NCBI RefSeq assembly: GCF_009914755.1
Contig: NC_060933.1
DNA length: 64,000 nt
Reading direction: 5' to 3' (one strand)
From: the human T2T-CHM13v2.0 reference genome, Homo sapiens
Part shown: positions 44,831 through 57,399 of the stretch, one piece after another
Layout: every line of letters begins with the position of its first letter
Numbering within the stretch: the stretch's first letter is position 1
Made by a program: the position numbers and the translations under genes
Notes under the pieces: generated by a model
Seen by the model: only the letters and a program-made list of their open reading frames with translations
What the model was told of the DNA's origin: nothing
Databases searched by the model: none

Positions 44831-47800
44831 TCCGAATGTAATGGAATGGAATGCAACGGAATGGAATGGAATGGAATGGAATGGAATGCAATGGAATTGA
44901 ATCAACCCGAGTACAATGGAATGGAATGGAATGGAATGGAATGGAATGGAATGGAATGGAATGATACGGAATAGAATGGAATGGAACGAAAAGAAATGGA
45001 ATGGAATGGAATGGAATGGAATGGAATGGAATGGAATGGAACGGAATGGAATGGAATGGAATGGAATGGAATGGAATGGAATCAACGCGAGTGCAGGGGA
45101 ATGGAATGGAATGGAATGCAATGGAATGGAATCTTCCGGAATGGAATGGAATGGAATGGAATGGAATGAAATGCAATGGATTCAACTCGACTGCAATGGA
45201 ATGGAATAGAATGGAATGGAATGGAATGGAATGGAATGGAATTAACCCGAATAGAATGGAATGGAATGGAATGGAACGGAATGGAACGGAATGAAATGTA
45301 ATGGAATGGAATGCAATGGTATGGAATGGAATGGAATGGTACGGAATAGAATGGAATGGAACGAATGTAATGGAATGGAATACAATGGAATGGAATGGAA
45401 TGGAATGGAATCAACGCGAGTGCAATGGAATGGAGTGGAATGGAATGGAATGGAATGGAACAACCCGAAAGGAATGGAATGTAATGGAGAGTAAGGGAGT
45501 TGAATAGAATCAATCCGAACGTAATGGAATGGAATGCAACGGAATGGAATGGAATGGAATGGAATGGAATGGAATGGAATGGAATGGAATGGAATCGTTC
45601 CGAGTGGAATAGGAGGGAATGTATTCGAGTGGAATACAAAGGAATGGAATCAACCAGAGTGGAATGGAAGGGAATGAAATGGAATGGAAACTAATAGAAT
45701 GGAATCAACCCGAGTGGAATGGAATGGAAAGGACTGGAATGGAATGGAATGGAATGGAATCAACTCGATTGTAATGGAATGGAATGGAATGGAATGGAAT
45801 TGAATGGAATGGAATGGAATGGAATTAACCCGAATACAATGGAATGGAATGGAATGGAACGGAATGGAGTGGAATGGAATGGAATCAACCCGAGTGCAGG
45901 GGAATGGAATGGAATGGAATGCAATGGAATGGAATCATCCGGAATGGAATGGAATGGAATGGAATGGAAAGCAATGGAATTAACTCGATTGCAATGGAAT
46001 GGAATGGAATGGAAAGGAATACATTGGAATCAACCCGAGTGGAATGGAATGTAAAGGACTGGAATGGAGTGGAATGGAATGGAATGGAATGGAATGGAAT
46101 TAACCCGAATAGAATGGAATGGAATGGATTGGAACGGAACGGAATGGAATGGAATGGAATGGAATGGAATGGAATGGAATGGAATCAACCCGACTGCAGG
46201 GGAATGGAATGGAATGGAATGCAATGGAATGGATTCAACTTTAATGGAATGGAAAGAATGGAATCAACACGAGTGGAATGGCATGGATTGGAATGGAATG
46301 GAATGGAATCAACCCGAGTATAGGGGAATGGAATGGAATGGAATGCAATGGAATGGAATCATCCGTAATGGAATGGAAAGGAATGGAATGGAATGGAATG
46401 GAATGGAATGGAATGGAATCAACTCGATTGCAATCGAATGGAATGGAATGGAATTAACCCGAATAGAATGGAATGGAATGGAATGGAACGGAACGGAACG
46501 GAATGGAATGGATTGGAATGGAATGGAATGGAATGGAATGGAACGGAAAAGAATGGAATGGAATGGAATGGAATGGAATGGAATGGAATGGAATGGAATG
46601 GAATGGAATCAACGCGAGTGCAGGGGAATGGAATGGAATGGAATGCAATGGAATGGAATGTTCCGGAATGGAATGGAATGGAATGGAATAAACCCGAGTG
46701 CAATGGAATGGAGTGGAATGGAATGGAATGGAATGGAACAACCCGAATGGAATGGAATGTAATGGAGAGTAATGGAGTTGAATAGAATCAATCCGAATGT
46801 AATGGAATGGAATGGAACGGAATGGAATTGAATGGAATGGAATGGAATGCAATGGAATGGAATCAACCCGAGTGCAATGGAATGGAGAGGAATGGAATGG
46901 AATGGAATGGAAACTACCCGAATGGAATGGAATGTAATGGAGTGTAAGGGAATTGAATAGAATCAATCCGAATGTAATGGAATGGAATGGAACGGAGTGG
47001 AATGGAAAGGAATGGAATGGAATGGAATGCAACGGAATGGAATCAACCCGAGTGCAATCGAATGGAACCGAATGGAATGGAATGCAATGGAATGGATTCA
47101 ACTTGAATGGAATGGAAAGAATGGAATCAACACGAGTGGAATGGCATGGATTGGAATGGAATGGAATGGAATCAACCCGAGTACAGTGGAATGGAATGGA
47201 ATGGAATGCAATGGAATGGAATCATCCGTAATGGAATGGAATGGAATGGAATGGAATGGAATGGAATGGAATGGAATCAACTCGATTGCAATCGAATGGA
47301 ATGGAATGGAATTAACCCGAATAGAATGGAATGGAATGGAATGGAATGGAATGGAACGGAACGGAATGCAATGGAATGGAATGGAATGGAATGGAACGGA
47401 ATGGAATGGAATGGAATGGAATCAACGCGAGTGCAGGGGAATGGAATGGAATGGAATGCAATGGAATGGAATCTTCCGGAATGGAATGGAATGGAAAGGA
47501 ATGGAATGAAATGCAATGGATTCAACTCGATTGCAATGGAATGGAATAGAATGGAATGGAATGGAATGGAATGGAATGGAATTAACCCGAATAGAATGGA
47601 ATGGAATGGAATGGAACGGAATGGAACGGAATGGAATGGAATGGAATGGAATGCAATGGTATGGAATGGAATGGTACGGAATAGAATGGAATGGAACGAA
47701 TGTAATGGAATGGAATTCAATGGAATGGAATGGAATGGAATGGAATCAACGCGAGTGCAGGGTAATGTAATGGAACGGAATGCAATGGAATGGAATCATC

Positions 47801-49880
47801 CGGAATGGAATGGAATGGAATGGAATCAACCCGAGTGCAATGGAATGGAGTGGAATGGAATGGAATGGAATGGAACAACCCGAAAGGAATGGAATGTAAT
47901 GGAGAGTAAGGGTGTTGAATAGAATCAATCCGAAAGTAATGGAATGGAATGCAACGGAATGGAATGGAATGGAATGGAATGGAATGCAATGGAATGGAAT
48001 CAACCCGAGTACAATGGAATGGAATGGAATGGAATGGAATGGAATGGAATGATACGGAATAGGATGGAATGGAACGAAATGGAATGGAATGGAATGGAAT
48101 GGAATGGAATGGAATGGAATGGAATGGAATCGTTCCGAGTGGAATAGGAGGGAATGTATTCGAGTGGAATGGAAAGGAATGGAATCAACCAGAGTGGAAT
48201 GGAAGGGAATGGAATGGAATGGAAACTAATAGAATGGAATCAACCCGAGTGGAATGGAATGGAAAGGACTGGAATGGAATGGAATGGAATGGAATTAATT
48301 AACTCGATTGTAATGGAATGGAATGGAATGGAATGGAACGGAATGGAGTGGAATAGAATGGAATCAACCCGAGTGCAGGGGAATGGAATGGAATGGAATG
48401 CAATGGAATGGAATCATCCGGAATGCAATGGAATGGAATGGAAAGCAACACAATGGAATCAATTCGATTGCTATGGAATGGAATGGAATGGAAAGGAATA
48501 CATTGGAATCAACCCGAGTGGAATGGAATGGAAAGGACTGGAATGGAGTGGAATGGAATGGAATGGAATGGAATGGAATCAACTCGATTGGAATGGAATG
48601 GAATGGAATGGAATGGAATGGAATGGAATGGAATTAACCCGAATAGAATGGAATGGAATGGAATGGAACGGAACGGAACGGAACGGAACGGAATGGAATG
48701 GAATGGAATGGAATGGAATGGAATGGAATGGAATGGAATCAACCCGACTGAAGGGGAATGGAATGGAATGGAATGCAATGGAATGGATTCAACTTGAATG
48801 GAATGGAAAGAAAATGAATCAACACGAGTGGAATGGCATGGATTGGAATGGAATGGAATGGAATCACCCCGAGTACAGGGGAATGGAATGCAATGGAATG
48901 CAATGGAATGGAATCATCCTAATGGAATGGAAAGGAATGGAATGGAATGGAATGGAATGGAATGGAATCAACACGATTGCAATCGAATGGAATGGAATGG
49001 AATTAACACGAATAGAATGGAATGGAATGGAATGGAACGGAACGGAATGGAATGGAATGGAATGGAATGGAATGGAACGGAACGGAATGGAATGGAATGG
49101 AATGGAATTTAATGGAATGGAATGGAATCAACGCGAGTGCAGGGGAATGGAATGGAATGGAATGCAATGGAATGGAATCTTCCGGAATGGAATGGAATGG
49201 AATGGAATGGAATGAAATGCAATGGATTCAACTCGATTGCAATGGAATTGAATAGAATGGAATGGAATGGAATTAATCCGAATAGAATGGAATGGAACGG
49301 AATGGAATGGAATGGAATGGAATGGTATGGAATGGAATGGAATGGTACGGAATAGAATGGAATGGAACGAATTGTAATGAAATGGAATTGAATGGAATGG
49401 AATGGAAAGGAATGGAATCAAAGCGAGTGCAGGGGAATGTAATGGAACGGAATGCACTGGAAAGGAATCATCCGGAATGGAATGGAATGGAATGGAATGG
49501 AATGGAATGGAATGGAATGGAATCAACCCGAGTGCAATGGAATGGAGTGGAATGGAATGGAATGGAATGGAACAACCCGAATGGAATGGAATGTAATGGA
49601 GAGTAAGGGAGTTGAATAGAATCAATCCGAATGTAATGGAATGGAATGCAACGGAATGGAATGGAATGGAATGGAATGGAATGCAATGGAATGCAATGGA
49701 ATAGAATCAACCAGAGTACAATGGAATGGAATGGAATGGAACGGAATGGAATGGAATGGAATGGAATGGAATCATTCCGAATGAAATAGGAGGGAATGTA
49801 TTCGAGTGGAATGGAATCAACCTGAGTGCAATGGAATGGACTGAAATGGAATGGAATGGAATGGAAACAACCAGAATGCA

Positions 49881-49900
49881 ATGGAATGCACTCGGGTTGA
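49881..49900. other. Inversion junction J2 (GGAAT to CATTC), 4-bp palindromic TGCA microhomology
   Basis: Sequence is ATGGAA-TGCA-CTCGGGTTGA. TGCA (49887-49890) fits both GGAATGCA(ATGG) and (CAT)TGCACTCGGG. Confidence 0.93.
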
Positions 49901-52900
49901 TTCCATTCCATTGCATTCCATTCCATTCCATTCCATTCCATTCCTTTCCGTTCCATTCCATTTCATTACATTCAGATTGATTCTATTCAATTCCCTTACA
50001 CTCCATTATATTCCAATCCATTCTGGTTGTTTCCATTCCATTCCATTCCATTTCACTCCATTCCTTTGCACTCGGGTTCATTCCATTCCATTCCATTCCA
50101 TTCCATTCCGGATGATTCCATTCCATTGCATTCCATTCCATTCCATTCCCCTGCACTCGGGTTGATTCCATTGCAGTCCATTACATTACATTCCGTTCCA
50201 TTACATTCCATTCCATTCGGATTGATTCTATTCAATTCCCTTACACTTCATTACATTCCATTCCATTCGGGTAGTTTCCATTCCATTCCATTCCTTTCCT
50301 CTCTATTCCATTGCACTCGGGTTGATTCCATTCCATTCCATTCCATTCCATTCCATTCCATTCCATTCCATTCCATTCCATTCCATTGTACTCGGGTTGA
50401 TTCCATTCCATTGCATTCCATTCCATTCCATTCCATTCCATTCCGTTCCATTCCATTCCATTACATTCGGATTGATTCTATTCAATTCCCTTACTCTCCA
50501 TTACATTCCATTCCATTCGGGTTGTTCCATTCCATTCCATTCCATTCCAATCCATTCCATGGCACTCCGGTTGGTTCCATTCCATTCCATTCCATTCCAT
50601 TCCATTCCATTCCATTCGATTCCATTCCATTCGATTCCATTCCATTCCAATTCTTTCCATTCCATTCTATTCTGTACCACTCCATTCCATTCCATACAAT
50701 TCCATTCCATTCCATTCCATTCCATTCCATTCGGTTCCGTTCCGTTCCGTTCCGTTCCATACCATTCCATTCCATTCTATTCGGGTTAATTCCATTCCAT
50801 TCCATTCCATTCCATTCCATTCCATTCCATTCTATTCCATTTCATTGTAATCGAGTTGAATCCATTGCATTCCATTCCATTCCATTCCATTCCATTCCAT
50901 TCCATTCCATTCCTTTACATTCCATTACGGATGATTCCATTCCATTGCATTACATTCCATTCCATTCCCCTGTACTCGGGTTGATTCCATTCCATTCCAT
51001 TCCATTCCATTCTAATCCATTCCATTCCATTCAATTCCGTAAGATTCCATTCCATTTCATTCCATTCCATTCCATTCCCCAGCACTCACGTTGATTCCTT
51101 TCCATTCCATTCCTTTCCATTCCATTCCGTTCCGTTCCGTTCCATTCCATTCCATTCCATTCCATTCCGATCCGTTCCGTTCCGTTCCGTTCCATTCCAT
51201 TCCATACCATTCTATTCGGGTTAATTCCATTCCATTCCATTCCATTCCATTCCATTCCAATCGAGTTGATTCCATTCCATTCCATTCCAGTCCATTCCAT
51301 TCCATTCCACTCCATTCCAGTCCTTTCCATTCCATTCCACTCGGGTTGATTCCAATATATTCCTTTCCATTCCATTCCATTCCATTGCAATCGAGTTGAT
51401 TCCATTGCTTTGCATTCCACTCCATTCCATTCCATTCCGGATGATTGCATTCCATTGCATTCCATTCCATTCCATTCCCCTGCACTCGGGTTGATTCCAT
51501 TCCATTCCACTCCATTCCGTTCCATTCCATTCCATTCCATTGTATTCGGGTTAATTCCATTCCATTCCATTCCATTCCATTCCATTCCATTACAATCGAG
51601 TTGATTCCATTCCATTCCATTCCATTCCAGTCCTTTCCATTCCATTCCACTCGGGTTGATTCCATTCTATTAGTTTCCATTCCATTCCATTCCCTTCCAT
51701 TCCACTCTGGTTGATTCCATTCCTTTCCATTCCACTCGAATACATTCCCTCCTATTCCACTCGGAACCATTCCATTCCATTCCATTCCATTCCATTCCAT
51801 TCCATTCCATTCCATTTCGTTCCATTCCATTCTATTCCGTATCATTCCATTCCATTCCATTCCATTCTATTCCATTCCATTCCATTCCATTGTACTCGGG
51901 TTGATTCAATTCCATTGCATTCCATTCCATTCTATTCCATTCCATTCCGTTGCATTCCATTCCATTACATTCGGATTGATTCTATTCAACTCCCTTACTC
52001 TCCATTACATTCCATTCCATTCGGGTTGTTCCATTCCATTCCATTCCATTCCACTCCATTCCATTGCACTCGGGTTGATTCCATTCCATTCCATTCCATT
52101 CCATTCCATTCCATTCCATTCCATTCCGGATGATTCCATTCCATTGCATTCCGTTCCATTACATTCCCCTGCACTCGCGTTGATTCCATTCCATTCCATT
52201 CAATTCCATTCCATTACAATTCGTTCCATTCCATTCTATTCCGTACCATTCCATTCCATTCCATACCATTCCATTCCATTCCATTCCATTCCGTTCCATT
52301 CCGTTCCATTCCATTCCATTCCATTCTATTCGAATTAATGCCATTCCATTCCATTCAATTCCATTCTATTCCATTCCATTGCAATCGAGTTGAATCCATT
52401 GCATTTCATTCCATTCCATTCCATTCCATTCCATTCCGGAAGATTCCATTCCATTGCATTCCATTCCATTCCATTCCCCTGCACTCGCGTTGATTCCATT
52501 CCATTCCATTCCATTCCATTCCATTCCATTCCGTTCCGTTCCATTCCATTCCATTCCATTCCATTCCATTCCATTCCGTTCCGTTCCATTCCATTCCATT
52601 CCATTCTATTCGGGTTAATTCCATTCCATTCCATTCGATTGCAATCGAGTTGATTCCATTCCCTAACATTCCATTCCATTCCATTCCATTCCATTCCTTT
52701 CCATTCCATTACGGATGATTCCATTCCATTGCATTCCATTCCATTCCATTCCCCTGTACTCGGGTTGATTCCATTCCATTCCTATTCCAATCCATGCCAT
52801 TCCACTCGTGTTGGTTCCATTCTTTCCATTCCATTCAAGTTGAATCCATTCCATTGCATTCCATTCCATTCGATTCCATTCGATTGCACTCGGGTTGATT

Positions 52901-54790
52901 AAATTCCATTGCAATCCATTCCATTCCATTCCATTGCATTCCATTCCATTCCGTTCCATTCCATTCCATTACATTCGCATTGATTCTATTCAATTCCTTT
53001 ACACTCCATTACATTCCATTCCATTCGGGTAGTTTCCATTCCATTCCATTCCATTCCTCTCCATTCCATTGCACTCGGGTTGATTCCATTCCATTGCATT
53101 CCATTCCATTCCATTCCATTCCATTCCATTCCATTCCATTACGGATGATTCCATTCCATTGCATTCCATTCCATTCCATTCCCCTATACTCGGGTTGATT
53201 CCATTCCATTCCATTCAAATCCATGCCATTCCACTCGTGTTGATTCCATTCTTTCCATTCCATTCAAGTTGAATCCATTCCATTACATTCCATTCCATTC
53301 GATTCCATTCTATTGCACTCGGGTTGATTCCATTCCATGGCATTCCATTCCATTCCATTCCATTCCATTCCATTCCGTTCCATTCCATTTCATTACATTC
53401 AGATTGATTCTATTCAATTCCCTTACACTCCATTATATTCCAATCCATTCTGGTTGTCTCCATTCCATTCCATTCAATTTCACTCCATTCCATTGCACTC
53501 GGGTTGATTCCATTCCATTGCATTCCATTCCATTCCATTCCATTCCATTCCATTCCATTCCATTCCATTCCGTTCCATTCCATTTCATTACATTCAGATT
53601 GATTCTATTGAATTCCCTTACACTCCATTATATTCCAATCCATTCTGGTTGTCTCCATTCCATTCCATTCCATTTCACTCCATTCCATTGCACTCGGGTT
53701 GATTCCATTCCATTCCATTCCATTGCATTCCATTCCATTCCATTCCGGATGATTCCCTTCCATTGCATTCCATTCCTTTCCATTCCCCTGCACTCGGGTT
53801 GATTCCATTCCATTCCATTCCATTACATTCCGTTCCATTCCATTCCATTCCATTCGGATTGATTCTATTCAATTCCCTTACACTCCATTACATTCCATTC
53901 CATTCGGGTAGTTTCCATTCCATTCCATTCCATTCCTCTCCATTCCATTGCACTCGGGTTGATTCCATTCCATTCCATTCCATTCCATTCCATTCCATTC
54001 CATTCCATTCCATTACATTCCATTCCATTCCATTCCATTCCGTTCCATTGTACTCGGGTTGATTCCATTCCATTGCATTCCATTCCATTCCATTCCATTC
54101 CATTCCATTCCATTCCATTCCATTCCGTTCCATTCCATTACATTCGGATTGATTCTGTTCAACTCCCTTACTCTCCATTACATTTCATTCCATTTGGGTT
54201 GTTCCATTCCATTCCATTCCATTCCACTCCATTCCATTGCGCTCGGGTTGATTCCATTCCATTCTATTCCATTCCATTCCATTCCATTCCATTCCATTCC
54301 ATTCGGATGATTCCATTCCATTGCATTCCGTTCCATTACATTCCCCTGCACTCGGGTTGATTCCATTCCATTCCATTCCATTCCATTCGATTCCATTCCA
54401 TTCCAATTCTTTCCATTCCATTCTATTCCGTACCATTCCATTCCATTCCATACAATTCCATTCCATTCCATTCCACTCCGTTCCGTTCCGTTCCGTTCTG
54501 TTCCGTTCCATTCCATTCCATTCCATTCTATTCGGTTTAATTCCATTCCATTCCATTCCATTCCATTCCATTCTTTTCCATTCCATTGCAATCGAGTTGA
54601 ATCCATTGCATTCCATTCTATTCCATTCCATTCCATTTCATTCAATTCCGGAAGATTCCATTCCATTGCATTCCATTCCATTCCATTCCATTACATTCCA
54701 TTCCTTTCCATTCCATTGTACTCGGGTTGATTCCATTCCATTGCATTCCATTCCATTCCATTCCATTCCATTCCGTTCCATTCCATTGCA

Positions 54791-57399
54791 TTACATTCGG
54801 ATTGATTCTTTTCAACTCCCTTACTCTCCATTACATTCCATTCCATTCGGGTTGTTCCATTCCATTCCTTTCCATTCCACTCCATTCCATTGCACTCGGG
54901 TTGATTCCATTCCATTCCATTGCATTCCATTCCGGATGATTCCATTCCATTGCATTCTGTTCCATTACGTTCCCCTGCACTCGGGTTGATTCCATTCCAT
55001 TCCTTTCCATTCCATTCGATTCCATTCCATTCCCCTGCACTCGCCTTGATTCCATTCCATTCCATTCCGTTCCAATGCATTCCATTCCATTCCTTTCCGT
55101 TCCATTCCATTCCATTCCGTTCCGTTCCATTCCATTCCATTCCATTCTATTCGGGTTAATTCCATTCCATTCCATTCGATTGCAATCGAGTTGATTCCAT
55201 TCCATTCCATTCCATTCCATTCCAGTCCTTTCCATTCCTTTCCATTCCATTACTGATGATTCCATTCCATTGCATTCCATTCCATTCCATTCCCCTGTAT
55301 TCGGGTTGATTCCATTCCATTCCATTCCAGTCCATGCCATTCCACTCGTGTAGATTCCATTCTTTCCTTTCCATTCAAGTTGAATCCATTCCATTGCATT
55401 CCATTCCATTTGATTCCATTCGATTGCACTCGGGTTGATTCCATTCCATTGCATTCCATTCCATTCCATTCCATTCCATTCCCTTCCATTCCACTCTGGT
55501 TGATTCCATTCCTTTCCATTCCACTCGAATACATTCCCTCCTATTCCACTCGGAATGATTCCATTCCATTCCATTCCATTCCATTCCATTCCATTCCATT
55601 CCATTCCATTCCATTTCGTTCCATTCCATTCTATTCCGTATCATTCCATTCCGTTCCATTCCATTCCATTCCATTCCATTCCATTCCATTCCATTGTACT
55701 CGGGTTGATTCAATTCCTTTGCATTCCATTCCATTCCATTCCATTCCATTCCATTCCATTCCGTTGCATTCCATTCCATTACATTTGGATTGATTCTATT
55801 CAACTTCCTTACTCTCCATTACATTCCTTTCCATTCGGGTTGTTCCATTCCATTCCATTCCATTCCATTCCATTCCATTCCATTCCATTCCTTTCCGTTC
55901 CATTCCATTCCATTCCCTTCCATTCCGTTCCGTTCCATTCCATTCTATTCCATTCTATTCGGGTTAATTCCATTCCATTCCATTCGATTGCAATCGAGTT
56001 TATTCCTTTCCATTCCATTCCATTCCATTCCATTCCAGTCCTTTTCATTCCTTTCCATTCCATTACTGATGATTCCATTCCATGGCATTCCATTCCATTC
56101 CATTCCCCTGTACTCGGGTTGATTCCATTCCATTCCATTCCAATCCATGCCATTCCACTCGTGTTGATTCCATTATTTCCATTCCATTCAAGTTGAATCC
56201 ATTCCATTGCATTCCATTGCATTCGATTCCATTCGATTGCACTCGGGTTGATTCCATTCCAATGCATTCCATTCCATTCCATTCCATTCCATTCCATTCC
56301 ATTCCATTCCGTTCCATTCCATTTCATTAGATTCAGATTGATGCTATTCAATTCCCTTACTCTCCATTATATTCCAATCCATTCTGGTAGTTTCCATTCC
56401 ATTCCATTCCATTTCACTCCATTCCATTGCACTCGGGTTGATTCCATTCCATTCCATTCCATTGCATTCCATTCCATTCCATTCCGGATGATTCCATTCC
56501 ATTGCATTCCATTCCATTCCATTCCCCTGCACTCGTGTTGATTCCATTCCATTCCATTCCATTCCATTCCATTCCATTCCATTCCATTCCATTCGGATTG
56601 ATTCTATTCAATTCCCTTACACTCCATTACATTCCATTCCATTCCGGAAGTTTCCATTCCATTCCATTCCATTCCTCTCCATTCCATTGCACTCGGGTTG
56701 ATTCCATTCCATTGCATTCCATTCCATTCCATTCCATTCCATTCCATTCCATTCCATTCCATTCCGTTCCATTGTACTCGGGTTGATTCCATTCCATTGC
56801 ATTCCATTCCATTCCATTGCATTCCATTCCATTCCATTCCCCTGCACTCGAGTTGATTCCATTCCATTCCATTCCATTCCATTCCATTCAATTCCATTCC
56901 ATTACAATTCGTTCCATTCCATTCTAATCCGTACCATTCCATTCCATTCCATTCCATTCCATACCATTCCATTCCATTCCATTCCATTCCATTCCGTTCC
57001 ATTCCGTTCCATTCCATTCCTTTCCATTCTATTCGGATTAATTCCATTCCATTCCATTCCATTCCATTCTATTCCATTCCATTGCAATCGAGTTGAATCC
57101 ATTGCATTTCATTCCATTCCATTCCATTCCATTCCATTCCAGAAGATTCCATTCCATTGCATTCCATTCCATTCCATTCCCCTGCACTCGCGTGGATTCC
57201 ATTCCATTCCATTCCATTCCATTCCATTCCATTCCGTTCCGTTCCATTCCATTCCATTCCATTCAATTCCATTCCGTTCCGTTCCATTCCATTCCATTCC
57301 ATTCTATTCGGGTTAATTCCATTCCATTCCATTCGACTGCAATCGAGTTGATTCCATTCCATTCCATTCCATTCCATTCCATTCCATTCCTTTCCATTC
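54791..57399 (+). repeat. Near-identical duplication, copy 1 (partner 61402-64000)
   Basis: Shares many private variants with the partner, in the same order (CATTACGTTCCCC, CTCGCCTTG, GTGTAGATT, ACATTTGGATT, GATGCTATT, CCGGAAGTTTCC, CGCGTGGATT). Identical ORF translations at offsets 6611 and 6616, near-identical at 6601. Confidence 0.92.

Larger units (their letters stand above)
15159..49886 (-). repeat. HSat3 orientation block 2 (GGAAT on + strand; inverted relative to flanks), ~34.7 kb
   Basis: The + strand reads (GGAAT)n from GGAATGG at 15159 to ...CCAGAATGCAATGGAA at 49886. Confidence 0.97.

Noticed and set aside
15159-49890. Invertible element or transposon bounded by inverted repeats
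   Set aside because: No recombinase or transposase, terminal inverted repeats or target-site duplication. The ends lie in different sub-families.
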